Positions 9,928 through 19,716 are shown, counted from the stretch's first letter. The stretch is 63,580 bases of DNA from Candidatus Aminicenantes bacterium (GCA_011772495.1 WVZL01000014.1:1-63580), one strand, 5' to 3'. Made by a program: numbers and translations. The notes: a model not told the origin generated them from the sequence alone.

Positions 9928-11187
9928 ATGAAAAATAAAACTGTAATGAGAAAAGGAGGAATCTCAATGGGCTACAGAAGAATGAACAGAAGAGATTTTA
10001 TCGGGAAAGCCGCCTCTGGTCTGTTCTCGACCGGCGTCGCCCTTCCCTTTCTTAAAGCTGGCCCAGCTAACCAGGAGCAGTCTCAAAAGATTATTTACCG
10101 GACTCTTGGCAGAACCAAACTTCGCATTCCAGTGGTAAGCTTTGGTGTTATGAATTCGGATAGCCCTGACCTCATAAAGGAAGCTCTAGATAAGGGAATC
10201 AATCATCTGGATACAGCTTTTCTTTATTTGAGGGGTAACAGCGAGAGGGTCATCGGAGAGGTTTTAGAGAAAGCAGGAAACAGGGAAAAAGTTTATGTGG
10301 CCACCAAGATGCGTTTTGCCCGGGACACCAAGAAAGGCATTTTCTCACTCAAAGGAAGCGGGCGGGAGCCAGCAGCGACTGAAGAAAATTTGCTCAAACA
10401 GCTCGAAGTAAGCCTTGGCCGATTACGCACGGATTATGTGGATATTCTGTATCTCCACAGCTGCTATTCTCCTCAGATGGCGACTTACGAGCCGTTGATG
10501 AATGCGCTGGTTAAGGTTAAGAAGCAAGGAAAGGCAAGGTTTATAGGGGTTTCCACGCATAGGGATGAACCGAATGTCATTCGAGCGGCCGTAGATGCAG
10601 GAGTCTATGATGTGGTGCTTACAGCCTACAATTTTGTCCAAGAAAACAGAGAGGAAGTCAAAAAGGCCATTCAGTATGCCGCAGGAAAGGGTGTAGGGGT
10701 GGTAGCTATGAAGACCCAAGGCGGAAGGCGTCTGCAAGAAGAAGGCAAAATAGAAGTGAATCACGAGGCAGCCTTGAAATGGGTCCTGAACGATGAAAAT
10801 GTGTGTACGACTATTCCCGGGATGACCACTTTTGACCAGCTGTATCTGAACCTCAAAGTCATGAGTAACTGGGCATTGTCAGAAGGAGAAAAACGGGAGC
10901 TTCAGCTGGCTTCGATGCTGAAGGGAATTCTTTACTGTCAGAATTGTCGCGCTTGTGTCCCCACCTGTTCCCATCGAGTTGAAATTCCCACCCTCATGAG
11001 GGCCTACATGTATGCCCAAGGATACGGAAATCTTATTCAAGCCAGAATAACTGCAGGGGCCTTGCCCGCTGAGACGGGCTTGAATGTCTGTCAGGATTGC
11101 TCTTCATGCACCGCTGCCTGCCGTAATGGAATAAACATCGATTCACGATTAAAATCCCTCCTTACCGAGAAGCTCTACCGGGGCTAG
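9928..11187 (+). CDS. Aldo/keto reductase with Tat-like leader and C-terminal 4Fe-4S dicluster domain
   Basis: NRRDFIG; YRTLGRT, LDTAFLY, ATK, LYLHS; CQNCRACVPTC and CQDCSSCTAAC. True start may be MGYRR after AGGAGG. Confidence 0.9.
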   Translation: MKNKTVMRKGGISMGYRRMNRRDFIGKAASGLFSTGVALPFLKAGPANQEQSQKIIYRTLGRTKLRIPVVSFGVMNSDSPDLIKEALDKGINHLDTAFLYLRGNSERVIGEVLEKAGNREKVYVATKMRFARDTKKGIFSLKGSGREPAATEENLLKQLEVSLGRLRTDYVDILYLHSCYSPQMATYEPLMNALVKVKKQGKARFIGVSTHRDEPNVIRAAVDAGVYDVVLTAYNFVQENREEVKKAIQYAAGKGVGVVAMKTQGGRRLQEEGKIEVNHEAALKWVLNDENVCTTIPGMTTFDQLYLNLKVMSNWALSEGEKRELQLASMLKGILYCQNCRACVPTCSHRVEIPTLMRAYMYAQGYGNLIQARITAGALPAETGLNVCQDCSSCTAACRNGINIDSRLKSLLTEKLYRG

Positions 11188-11281
11188 AACTCAGTGTCAT
11201 CACTAAGAACTGGGATTAGACGTTGGTATTCCAGATTGAATAAATCCCGCCCTGCTGGAATGTTGATTCCTGCCCTCTATT

Positions 11282-11992
11282 TTATTTTTTCTTCAGAAGG
11301 TGGAACCAGATCGACCATTCGCCTTTTCCACATTCATTCCCTTCTGGGATCTGAATCTTAATTTCCTCACTCTTCTTCAATTTCCATACGGGCACATTGA
11401 AGAATACTGTCCAGGTATGGGATAAGGCATTGCCATCCGAGTTTTCCCATTCTACGGCCGGGTTTGAAAAAGGAGTCATGGCCTGGAACTGCATCCATGC
11501 CTGTTCCAGGAGCGGCGCTGGGATTTCATCATCTTCACCATAACCATATTTTTCCCGTATATAGTCTTCTGCACCTTCCTTGGGTAAAATCATTAGATTT
11601 ATATCGAAATTGTTGTTCCTGTTGACGATCTTATTGGGTTCCACTCCGGCGCCACTGAGATGAGGACAGATTTCGACAGCAACAATTTTAGCCTCTCCTT
11701 CACCGTACCCAAACTGTCCCAGCATATGTTTGCCGCTTCTTATATAAATCCAGCAGGGGAAAGCAGAAACAGGCGAGTGTCCAAAGGCTACGTTGGAGAC
11801 TTGGGCCACTAGATTGAGAACTTTTTCTTCTTCACAGTACCCAGGATTGCATTGACTGGTGTAGTTATAACTCAGCTCGATATTATAGGAAGATGAGTAC
11901 CACTCGTTTTTTTTGGACTTGCCTTCGGTGACTCCAAACCAGAGGACTAGACAGGGGATTATGAAGAGAAACAGCAATTTTTTATTTTTCAT
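11282..11992 (-). CDS. Hypothetical secreted Cys-containing protein
   Basis: MKNKKLLFLFIIPCLVLWFGVTEG signal peptide after AGGGAG; track ORF extends to 12037. Confidence 0.7.
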   Translation of the reverse strand: MKNKKLLFLFIIPCLVLWFGVTEGKSKKNEWYSSSYNIELSYNYTSQCNPGYCEEEKVLNLVAQVSNVAFGHSPVSAFPCWIYIRSGKHMLGQFGYGEGEAKIVAVEICPHLSGAGVEPNKIVNRNNNFDINLMILPKEGAEDYIREKYGYGEDDEIPAPLLEQAWMQFQAMTPFSNPAVEWENSDGNALSHTWTVFFNVPVWKLKKSEEIKIQIPEGNECGKGEWSIWFHLLKKK

Positions 11993-12177
11993 CTCAAACT
12001 CCCTTTCTACTGGATTACAGTAATGCTTCAAGGTCACTAAGTCAATAATTGAGCTTTGCTTCTTTTTTTCGTGAAAGAATCACTTGAAGATATCCGCAGG
12101 CGGAAAACAATGAAGGTAACAAATGATTCTATAGGGCGCGGCTAGACGACCGACTTCAGGATTAAGGCGATTCCTGT

Positions 12178-12843
12178 CTAAACGAAATCAATATCTCCAT
12201 CCTTCTTTACTCTGAACAATTCAATAGCAATCGGGCCTGATTGATTTCCAACTATTTTCAATCCCATCCCAGCCAAGCTGCTGATTCTCACCTCAGGAGC
12301 CACTGAACCCCGAAGGAATGTGGTCACGGTTCCTACATTTCCCTTTATCTCGATATCTTTTTCCCTTGTCTCATTGGCCAAAAGAACAAAAGAATCAACT
12401 CGATAAACTTCTGATATCACAAACCAATCTTTATGTCTCCATTTTTCGATTTTATCAGCAATTTGACTCCCCAGCTGACTTTTTGCGTCTATTGCAGCCG
12501 AAACCGCTGGTTTAGAATGCATAAAGAACGAGTAATTGCCTTTGAATTTCAGTTTCAACTTTGCTTCAGCTCCAAGATTGTCCGTGAATTCATCGACTTT
12601 TGCCCCGGCTTCAATCTTCGTAATATAAACTTTACTTGTCTGAAAATGAATCTCTAAAGGAGGGCCCTCAGACGATTCTGCATCAATGCCAAAATCTGTC
12701 GTAATATTGCCTATCCTGTGGAAAAAACCTCGATCTCTGACGACATAGTCACCTAATTTCCACTTGCTTGTTGGTGGCCATACGGCTCTAAGTCCGGTAT
12801 ACCGCTTTAAGGCGACGGTGTATTTTTTCGGAGTATCCGGCAT
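12178..12843 (-). CDS. Gasdermin-like pore-forming domain protein (putative)
   Basis: VWPPTSKWKLGDY..RIGNI, alternating beta-hairpin segments, WFVISEVYRVDSF, PIAIELFRV; strong SD GGGGGAGG. Confidence 0.7.
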   Translation of the reverse strand: MPDTPKKYTVALKRYTGLRAVWPPTSKWKLGDYVVRDRGFFHRIGNITTDFGIDAESSEGPPLEIHFQTSKVYITKIEAGAKVDEFTDNLGAEAKLKLKFKGNYSFFMHSKPAVSAAIDAKSQLGSQIADKIEKWRHKDWFVISEVYRVDSFVLLANETREKDIEIKGNVGTVTTFLRGSVAPEVRISSLAGMGLKIVGNQSGPIAIELFRVKKDGDIDFV

Positions 12844-13039
12844 TGCCTCCCCCGCTTAACCATAAGAATGCAATTAAATCTCGTTCTATTTTTTTCTTAA
12901 TCTCGCATAAAAGTCAACAAAAAAAGGAGCTAAGTCTCTAGATTCCAGGTTTAATTTTAGGCTCACAATACTTTAGTTTCGGAGAGTCCATCGCAATTCA
13001 AAAATAAGTCTTGTGTTTCTATAAAGGGACTACTATTTC

Positions 13040-13146
13040 CCTTAAAAGGCCAATTTTAACTCCAAAAATGCCGGTTTAAGACTAAAATTGATGGGAAAAT
13101 TAACCTTAATTTATTCAAAATAAATTGCTTAGCTTGGTCTGACCCC
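13040..13146 (+). repeat. GGGGTCAG-family long-arm repeat, type B (~105 bp)
   Basis: Ends GCTTGGTCTGACCCC; direct homolog at 18308-18413, inverted homolog at 14822-14930. Confidence 0.8.
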
Positions 13147-13659
13147 TTCTTTAGTTTTTAGCTTTTCCAGACCCGCCACAAACACGCAAAAAAGCATGGA
13201 TATGATAATCATAGCTGCGGGAATAAAAAATACTGGGAATAAGGGAGCGATTATTCTTGACAACGAGTCAAGGACCGGGCCAGCTCCTGAACTTGAAGTT
13301 ATAATATTCCCTATGGCCCTCCCCTTGGTGATAAATAAATAGATGACTCCTGCAATCAAGCCTACATAGGAAAATACCTTTGCATAGAATAGAGGTCGCA
13401 AAGCCTTCTTTACCAGTCCTCTATCAGGCTTCCGTTTGGCCCGGGCTCTGTTCCAGATGGTTTCAGCATCAGGAAGAGTTTTCTCCAGCATTTCAGCCTT
13501 CCAGGAGCTGTTCTTGAACTGGTTCATCCATTCATAAACAATTACAACATCCTCGCACACCGGGCATTCGGAGGTATGCTTTTCAATTTCTGGGCTTAGC
13601 TTCCCTGCTTTCAGACAATCCATGACCTCTTTTTCCAGATGACAGCTCTTTTTTCTCAT
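13129..13659 (-). CDS. Putative anti-sigma factor (ZAS-like HxxxCxxC plus two TM helices)
   Basis: HTSECPVC; ATGA overlap with the ECF sigma gene. Confidence 0.7.
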   Translation of the reverse strand: MRKKSCHLEKEVMDCLKAGKLSPEIEKHTSECPVCEDVVIVYEWMNQFKNSSWKAEMLEKTLPDAETIWNRARAKRKPDRGLVKKALRPLFYAKVFSYVGLIAGVIYLFITKGRAIGNIITSSSGAGPVLDSLSRIIAPLFPVFFIPAAMIIISMLFCVFVAGLEKLKTKEGVRPS

Positions 13660-14186
13660 GGCTCCATTCCCCCTTTATACTCATTTTTCTTCAGAAAACT
13701 GGCTAACTCTTTCCTGGCCCTGAAGAGTTGAGTCTTGACGCTTTTCTCTTTGGTTGCTGTGATCTCTGCTATCTCCCGGTGGCTGTAACCTTCGACATAA
13801 GCAAGCCAGAGGAGAGTCCTCTCTCTGGGCTTTAAGAATTCAAATATCTTCTCCATGACTAATGACGAAATAACTGCCGACTCCGGGCTCTCTTTATCCT
13901 TCCGTCTTTTATAAACCTCTTTTTCCTCTTCAAAAGCTCTCCTTTCAACCTTTATCCTTCTTTTTTTATCGATAATGATTCCAAAAGCTATCTTGTATAA
14001 ATAAGACTTCATATGATTCTCATTCAATACGACCGGCTTGGCCCTGAGAAACCTGTAAAAGGATTCCTGAAAGATATCGTCAGCCATATTTTGATCGCCG
14101 CACATTTTATTGATGTAAAACCAGAATGATCGGGAATACTTCTCATAAAATCCTTCCCAGATTTTCTTCGAATTTTCTTCCATCAA
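13656..14186 (-). CDS. ECF (sigma24) RNA polymerase sigma factor
   Basis: Region 2 ADDIFQESF; region 4 EGYSHREIAEIT..VKTQLFRAR. Confidence 0.93.
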   Translation of the reverse strand: MMEENSKKIWEGFYEKYSRSFWFYINKMCGDQNMADDIFQESFYRFLRAKPVVLNENHMKSYLYKIAFGIIIDKKRRIKVERRAFEEEKEVYKRRKDKESPESAVISSLVMEKIFEFLKPRERTLLWLAYVEGYSHREIAEITATKEKSVKTQLFRARKELASFLKKNEYKGGMEP

Positions 14187-14302
14187 TCAGGAGATCGCTT
14201 TCTTCTTTCTCTATGAATTTTAATCTCAACTGGGGAACAATCAGGTGCTTTTTGTAACCAGCCTAAAATGACTTGAATAACTACCCAAGATACATCTTTG
14301 TC

Positions 14303-14758
14303 TCAGCTTCCTTCATTAATTATGCCCCATTTTTTGCTCAATTTGTAGGAGATAAATGTCGATAGAAGAAAGCCCACCCCTATGGCAATGAGCACAATTC
14401 CAAAGGCAATGAAATACCTCATCTCTTCAGAGAACAGCGATCCGACGACAATTACGGCGATGCCCAAAAAGGAAAGGATTATTCCTTTGGACAGAGAAGA
14501 CAATATCTTATCTCTTGGAGCGCGACCGTTAAACCTCAAAAAATTGAGAAATCGACTTCCTTCTTTCGATTGCAGGAAATCACTTAATTCCTGGGCGGTA
14601 GAGAATTTATCAACAATTTTGCTTTGCAGCTTGCTCTTGTTCCTCATTTTCCGCCACTCCAGTATGACCCACACAACCCAAGCCCAGAATACAATCGTAA
14701 TAGGAAGAACTGTCATCAAAACAATGTTCTCTCCAGCACCATTCATCTTAACCTCCAT
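14303..14758 (-). CDS. DUF6249-like membrane protein associated with ECF sigma
   Basis: Three TM segments; typical position upstream of an ECF sigma. Confidence 0.6.
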   Translation of the reverse strand: MEVKMNGAGENIVLMTVLPITIVFWAWVVWVILEWRKMRNKSKLQSKIVDKFSTAQELSDFLQSKEGSRFLNFLRFNGRAPRDKILSSLSKGIILSFLGIAVIVVGSLFSEEMRYFIAFGIVLIAIGVGFLLSTFISYKLSKKWGIINEGS

Positions 14759-14821
14759 AAAATAACATTCAATATTACAACGGATGACATATGCTTAAGG
14801 TTAACAAAAAAATATGATTTT

Positions 14822-14974
14822 GGGGTCAGACCAAACTATTTACTTTGTTTTTTATGAGATAAGCTAGGATTAGGCCTGTTTTTTCTCCTTAAACAGGCAT
14901 TTTCATTGGTCGAATTGCTGCTTTAAGAAGCTTTTCTCTCTCTCAGCTTTAAAGAGTTATAAAGGCCTGACCCC
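14822..14974 (+). repeat. MITE-like element with GGGGTCAG...CTGACCCC termini
   Basis: GGGGTCAGACC ... GTTATAAAGGCCTGACCCC; right end nearly identical to 3135-3153; followed by a type-A end at 14977-15012. Confidence 0.75.
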
Positions 14975-15043
14975 AGCGGTCTAGAAATATTGAAAGTTAA
15001 GACCTGAACCCCTTTTCTACTTTTTTCTTTGCTGTCAAATCGA

Positions 15044-16453
15044 TCACTTTTCGATTGATCGTCCGGTGCTGATGACGTTATCGAAAAATCGATCGACATC
15101 TTCCTTTTCAGTTTCGTGGTTGAGGATGACAAGCCGAATAGTAACCTCAGAATCTATATACCCATAATTGACAAAACTTTTCCCGCTCTTGGCCAGCTCT
15201 TCCCGCAATCTCAGGTTGAAAGCGTTGATATTCTCTGTTGACCTGGGTAGATAACGAAAACAAACAGTTACCGAATTTCTCGGAGCCATGAGCTCGAGCT
15301 CATCAAGGGAATTGACTTTATCCTCGGCGTGGGCAGCGAGGTCGAAGAATTTATCCATCAGCTCCGCATAGCCGTTGTCTCCGTAATATTTCCACGAGAG
15401 CCAGAGCTTGAAAGCATCCACTCTCCTTCCACACTGCATAGAAAGAGGCCCGAGGTCGTAAGCTGCAAAATCATGGTCATGAAAAATGTACTCTGTCCCC
15501 GAGGCAGAAAAAGTGTTTCGAAGATTTCCCTCTTCCCTCACCAGGAAGACAGAGCAGATGAGCGGCAATCTCATCATCTTATGCGGATTCCAGATAAGAG
15601 AGTTAGCTTCTTCGCAGCCTTTCATAAGGCGGCGATGCTGAGGACTGAGGATGACAGAACCTCCGAAGGAGCCGTCTACATGAAGCCACAGTCGATACTT
15701 CCGGGCAAGGGGCGCTATCTCATCACACGGGTCATAAGCGCCTTTTACCGTCGTGCCAGCGGTAAGCCCAACAAAGAAGGGGGCTTTCCCCTGTTCTTGA
15801 TAATGTTTGACAGTCTTCTCAAGTTCTTCGGGGATCATTCGACCTGCACTGTCTGTTTTGACTTTGATAACATTCTGGGATCCGATGCCCAGGATGTTGG
15901 CCGCCTTGTCGAAGGAATAATGAGCTTGATCAGAGACAAAAGCGGTTAAGGTCTTATCTGCTTTATGCCCTTCCTCTTTTATATCCGGAAAAGCATTGTT
16001 ACGGGCAATCATCATGGCCATCAGATTCCCGTGGCTGCCTCCCGTGACAAAAATCCCTTCTGGTTTTTTAAACCCTACAATGCTCCCCATTTTTTCGACC
16101 AGGAACCTTTCGATGAGAGTCGCCGCCGGAGCGACTTCATAGGTATACATGGATGTGTTCGTCAGGCTTGTGAAAATATCACCAAGAAGTCCGGGGAGCG
16201 TGAATCCGGACCAAAGCTGGTTGAAATATTGCTTGTGTCCAGTCCGGACGCTGGCTTCAAGGTAATCCTGGATAGCCTTGTAAAGATCGTCCAGGGAGCA
16301 TCCTTCTCTGGAAATGGCCAGATCGATTTTTTCCCGTATCTCGTGAGGATAAAGATATTTGGTGACCGGTGTATCCGGAAGGTCATTTTTCTTCAAATAA
16401 TCGTTGATAATCTTTAAGACTTTCTGATCCAGAAATCGCTCTTCTCCCGCCAT
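15044..16453 (-). CDS. Group II PLP-dependent amino-acid decarboxylase (GAD/DDC family)
   Basis: TGGSHGN, AHYS, GTTVKGAYD, HVDGSFGG, WNPHK. Start MAGEE at 16453 after AGGAGG. Confidence 0.93.
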   Translation of the reverse strand: MAGEERFLDQKVLKIINDYLKKNDLPDTPVTKYLYPHEIREKIDLAISREGCSLDDLYKAIQDYLEASVRTGHKQYFNQLWSGFTLPGLLGDIFTSLTNTSMYTYEVAPAATLIERFLVEKMGSIVGFKKPEGIFVTGGSHGNLMAMMIARNNAFPDIKEEGHKADKTLTAFVSDQAHYSFDKAANILGIGSQNVIKVKTDSAGRMIPEELEKTVKHYQEQGKAPFFVGLTAGTTVKGAYDPCDEIAPLARKYRLWLHVDGSFGGSVILSPQHRRLMKGCEEANSLIWNPHKMMRLPLICSVFLVREEGNLRNTFSASGTEYIFHDHDFAAYDLGPLSMQCGRRVDAFKLWLSWKYYGDNGYAELMDKFFDLAAHAEDKVNSLDELELMAPRNSVTVCFRYLPRSTENINAFNLRLREELAKSGKSFVNYGYIDSEVTIRLVILNHETEKEDVDRFFDNVISTGRSIEK

Positions 16454-16603
16454 GAGTTCCTCCTTTTTCCGAGGTGAATGTATAATATTACAATTCTGGC
16501 ACACTAGGTCAATAACAAGAACGGATGTCAAAAAAGGATTCTTAGACGCTAAGTACTTCCTAAAAAAAATGTTTTATGCTTAAATATTAGGGTTATAAAA
16601 GCC

Positions 16604-17356
16604 ATGTCAGTGAAATCCCTTATTCCGCTTGGAATAAAATTGTTGCTCCGGATAGCCTATCGCTGCTTAAAAGACTATATCACCGGGATGAAGTTTAGGT
16701 TTGCCAAGAATTCTGAGGCCAAGCTGAAAACGGGGCAGTCGTTTAAAAAACAGATTACCATAATCCAACCCATCAACGTCAGTCGCTGGGCGGAAAATAA
16801 GAAGCATAACTTGCGGTTGGCCATCTCAAAGTTCCAAAATCTTCCTATCTATCCGAGTGAGGTCTTCTCCTTCTGGCACTATGTGCGGAAACCCACCAAA
16901 AGAGAAGGCTACAAGGTTGGGATTAATATTAAAATGAGCAAACTGGATTTTGATTACGGAGGAGGATTATGCCAGCTCTCAGGAATCCTGTATCATCTTG
17001 CTCTGACCGCAGGCCTGGGAATCGTGGAGAGGCACCCCCATTCGGTTGATCTCTATACAGATGAGACACGATACACACCTCTTGGCGCGGATGCGACCAC
17101 TGTTTACGGTCACAAAGACCTTAGAATAAAAAATATACTGGGTACTCCTTTTTGTTTTCGTCTAAAGGTCAAGGGTAATAAGCTTATCGGCTCGATCTGT
17201 GCGCCCGAACCTGTCCAGGAGTATGAACTTCGATTCATCAAAGATATCGTGGACGGCAAAGAACGAGTCAAGACCATAAAATATCTGGATGCCGAGAACT
17301 CCCAGCTCATCTGTACCCAGACGTACTTGATCTCTGACCACGACGAGGTCATCTGA
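16604..17356 (+). CDS. VanW family protein
   Basis: FSFW, GGGLCQLS, ERHPHS, LGADAT, DLRIKN. Confidence 0.88.
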   Translation: MSVKSLIPLGIKLLLRIAYRCLKDYITGMKFRFAKNSEAKLKTGQSFKKQITIIQPINVSRWAENKKHNLRLAISKFQNLPIYPSEVFSFWHYVRKPTKREGYKVGINIKMSKLDFDYGGGLCQLSGILYHLALTAGLGIVERHPHSVDLYTDETRYTPLGADATTVYGHKDLRIKNILGTPFCFRLKVKGNKLIGSICAPEPVQEYELRFIKDIVDGKERVKTIKYLDAENSQLICTQTYLISDHDEVI

Positions 17357-17388
17357 ATCCATCTCATGCGGAACATCAGCAATTTTCT

Positions 17389-17417
17389 TTGACGTGGTAT
17401 CTTTCCTGTGTTAGTAT
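17389..17417 (+). promoter_or_regulatory. sigma70 promoter of RRM gene with long 5' UTR
   Basis: TTGACG-N17-TAGTAT with TG extension. Confidence 0.6.
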
Positions 17418-17546
17418 TATTCACGTTGAAATTGAAGAGACCTGTCCGGTGAAAAGAACAGGCAGGGATCATAAGGGATTAGGGAAGATTTCAACGAGTA
17501 AAAACTCCCTCCCTTATTATAAGTTCAATATTAAAAGGAAGACAGA

Positions 17547-17852
17547 ATGAATATTTACGTAGGCAATTTACCGCGAGAAGCCACTGAGGACGATTTACGG
17601 CAGGCTTTCGAAGAATTCGGGCAGGTCGACTCTGTCAAGATCATCACCGACAGGTTCACCGGGGATTCAAGGGGATTCGGTTTTGTTGAGATGCCCAACA
17701 ATCCCGAAGCCCAATCCGCCATCTCCGGGCTGGACGGCAAAGATTTGAAAGGGCGTGCTCTTAGGGTCAACGAGGCCCGCCCTCGTCGTGATGACCGTGG
17801 AGGCAGAGGAGGTTTTGGCCGAGGTGGGTCCGGGGGTAGAAGACGCTTCTGA
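17547..17852 (+). CDS. RRM RNA-binding protein with RGG tail
   Basis: RNP2 IYVGNL, RNP1 RGFGFVEM. Confidence 0.96.
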   Translation: MNIYVGNLPREATEDDLRQAFEEFGQVDSVKIITDRFTGDSRGFGFVEMPNNPEAQSAISGLDGKDLKGRALRVNEARPRRDDRGGRGGFGRGGSGGRRRF

Positions 17853-18129
17853 GAACGGTCACCCGGACATTCAAAATCTTAGTCAGATTTTACCTTAAAA
17901 CAAATTTGAGGTTTGCCTGGCTTTTCTATCCGTCCGTACAAATTCATAAGTTTATCTACCATTCCAATCAAAAGACAGGACCATTCTGCCTGAAAGTTCC
18001 TGGTTTATCCTCCTGATGGTTCGCCAATATCAAGCTGATTGATTATTGGCCTCCTGGGGCTGGGACAGGCAATTTAAACAGAATGTAATATATTCGGTTC
18101 AACTAATAAATCTCAACAAGGAATAATGA

Positions 18130-18222
18130 ATGAAAAAATATGAGAGAAAGGAAAGAAAGAGAAGAGAAAGAAAGAGAGAGAGAAGAAAGAGAGAAAAAAG
18201 AAAAAGGAGAACCATAACCTAA
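18130..18222 (+). CDS. Possible 30-aa Arg/Lys-rich small protein within a purine tract
   Basis: AAGGA SD 7 nt before ATG; MKKYERKERKRRERKRERRKREKRKRRTIT*. Confidence 0.35.
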   Translation: MKKYERKERKRRERKRERRKREKRKRRTIT

Positions 18223-18243
18223 GTTTAATTTTAGGGAATTATT

Positions 18244-18413
18244 GGGGCACAATACCTGCTCCTTGATTTTCCCTGATTAAGAAATGCGTATTCAGCCCCT
18301 TTAATTTTTTAAAGGCTCAATTTTAATCCCAAAAAAGGCGCTCTAAGGCTAAAATAGACAGGAAAATTTCCTTTAACTGATTTAAAATATATCGATTAGC
18401 TTGGCCCGACCCC
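18244..18413 (+). repeat. Composite repeat: GGGGCACAATAC..GTATTCAGCCCC module plus type-B arm
   Basis: Aligns with 12950-13146; ends GCTTGGCCCGACCCC. Confidence 0.75.
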
Positions 18414-18457
18414 ATCTTGCTTTTAGAGTGCGGGTGGGTTATAAAAGAGCAGAGTTC

Positions 18458-19009
18458 ATGAAAATCGATTCCCCAAAGAAACTTATTCTTTATCTAGAAA
18501 TCCTGGGAATATTTTTTATTTCCCTTTCGGGAAGCGCGCTTCACTTTGTGTTTGAATGGTCTGGAGAGTGGACTCCTCTGGCCCTGATTGCTGCTGTTAA
18601 TGAGAGTGTGTGGGAGCACTTAAAACTGGCCTTCTGGCCAGGAATGATATTTGCACTTATCTCTTATCCAATCCTTAAGCGTAAAACCAAAAATTTTTGG
18701 ACAGCGAAAACAGCTGGATTGTACACCATGCCGCTTGTCATTATCGTCATGTTTTATTCCTATCTAGCCATTGCGGGCAAATCCAACCTTGTTTATGACA
18801 TCTCGACTTTTATCTTGGCGGTTTCTGCTGGACAACTCTTAAGCTATCATCTTATGAGGAAGGACATCCGGCAGCGAAGCGCTAAAATCATAGCAGTCGC
18901 TCTTCTCCTCGTCATCACGGCAGCCTTCTGTCTGTTTACCTTCTTCCCACCGAAATTTCCGCTCTTCCGAGATTTCGTAACCGGCAAATACGGAATTATT
19001 AGAAATTAG
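18458..19009 (+). CDS. DUF6512-like membrane protein
   Basis: LHFVFEWSG, AVNESVWEHLKL, multiple TMs. Track start 18401 lies inside a repeat. Confidence 0.8.
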   Translation: MKIDSPKKLILYLEILGIFFISLSGSALHFVFEWSGEWTPLALIAAVNESVWEHLKLAFWPGMIFALISYPILKRKTKNFWTAKTAGLYTMPLVIIVMFYSYLAIAGKSNLVYDISTFILAVSAGQLLSYHLMRKDIRQRSAKIIAVALLLVITAAFCLFTFFPPKFPLFRDFVTGKYGIIRN

Positions 19010-19062
19010 CCTTGATCTTTCTTGATCATATATCAGTGAACAAATTTTGGAAGAAATAGGGA

Positions 19063-19695
19063 TTAGCCAGCTTGTGATAATCGTGCCCTTTTATAGAAAC
19101 GGCTGGCCTTAGCCCTGTTGCCGCAGTCTTTCATGTCGCACCAGCGTCGGCTTTTGTTCCGGGACTTATCTAAAAAAACCCAACCGCAAGAAGAGTCGGC
19201 GCATCTCTTGACTCTCTTAAAGTCACCAGAAACCAACAGGTCAGCAGCAGAACGAACAATGGGATTGAGTATCCAATCCAGTTCATCCTTGTTTCCATCG
19301 GAGTCCCAAATAAAGCCGTCTATTGTCTTGATGATCCTTGACTGCCTCATAGTAGTGGAAAGATATTTATTGAACGCGGCGAGATCTTTACTTGAGGCTG
19401 TGACGCCTTCGGCCGTAGAAGAAAAAAGGCGATAAATCGTCTCCCGCAATCCTACGGCCCGAATGAGAACTTTTTCAGCTTCCAAAGGATGCAGATCAGC
19501 CTGCTGCTTAAGCATCTTCGCCTCACGATTCTTTATCAGGCCCACGTGCCGGCTCCAAGCGATAAGGTCTTGATAGGTGTATAAATATTCTTGAGGAATC
19601 TCGCGGCCGCGCCAATCTACAGTATTCACAAAATCCAGGCACAGCCTTCCTCCTAATAATTCTAAATCTGCAATATCTCTTTTTTTATGGTTCAT
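19063..19695 (-). CDS. ABATE domain / CGNR zinc-finger protein
   Basis: LCLDFVNT; C-x4-CGWVFLDKSRNKSRRWCDMKDCGNRAK. Confidence 0.93.
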   Translation of the reverse strand: MNHKKRDIADLELLGGRLCLDFVNTVDWRGREIPQEYLYTYQDLIAWSRHVGLIKNREAKMLKQQADLHPLEAEKVLIRAVGLRETIYRLFSSTAEGVTASSKDLAAFNKYLSTTMRQSRIIKTIDGFIWDSDGNKDELDWILNPIVRSAADLLVSGDFKRVKRCADSSCGWVFLDKSRNKSRRWCDMKDCGNRAKASRFYKRARLSQAG

Positions 19696-19716
19696 CTTAT
19701 TTCCATCAAAAACATC

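Noticed and set aside
12112-12177. Possible attC downstream of the gasdermin-like gene (GCCTTAAT...TTTGTTACC on the - strand)
   Set aside because: R boxes are degenerate and no L-box pairing could be established by eye.
7318-12843. DPP-IV peptidase as activator of the gasdermin-like protein
   Set aside because: The peptidase has a signal peptide, is separated by unrelated genes and is common in such genomes; there is no evidence of linkage.
16604-17356. Vancomycin resistance locus
   Set aside because: VanW domain alone; no vanHAX or vanRS.
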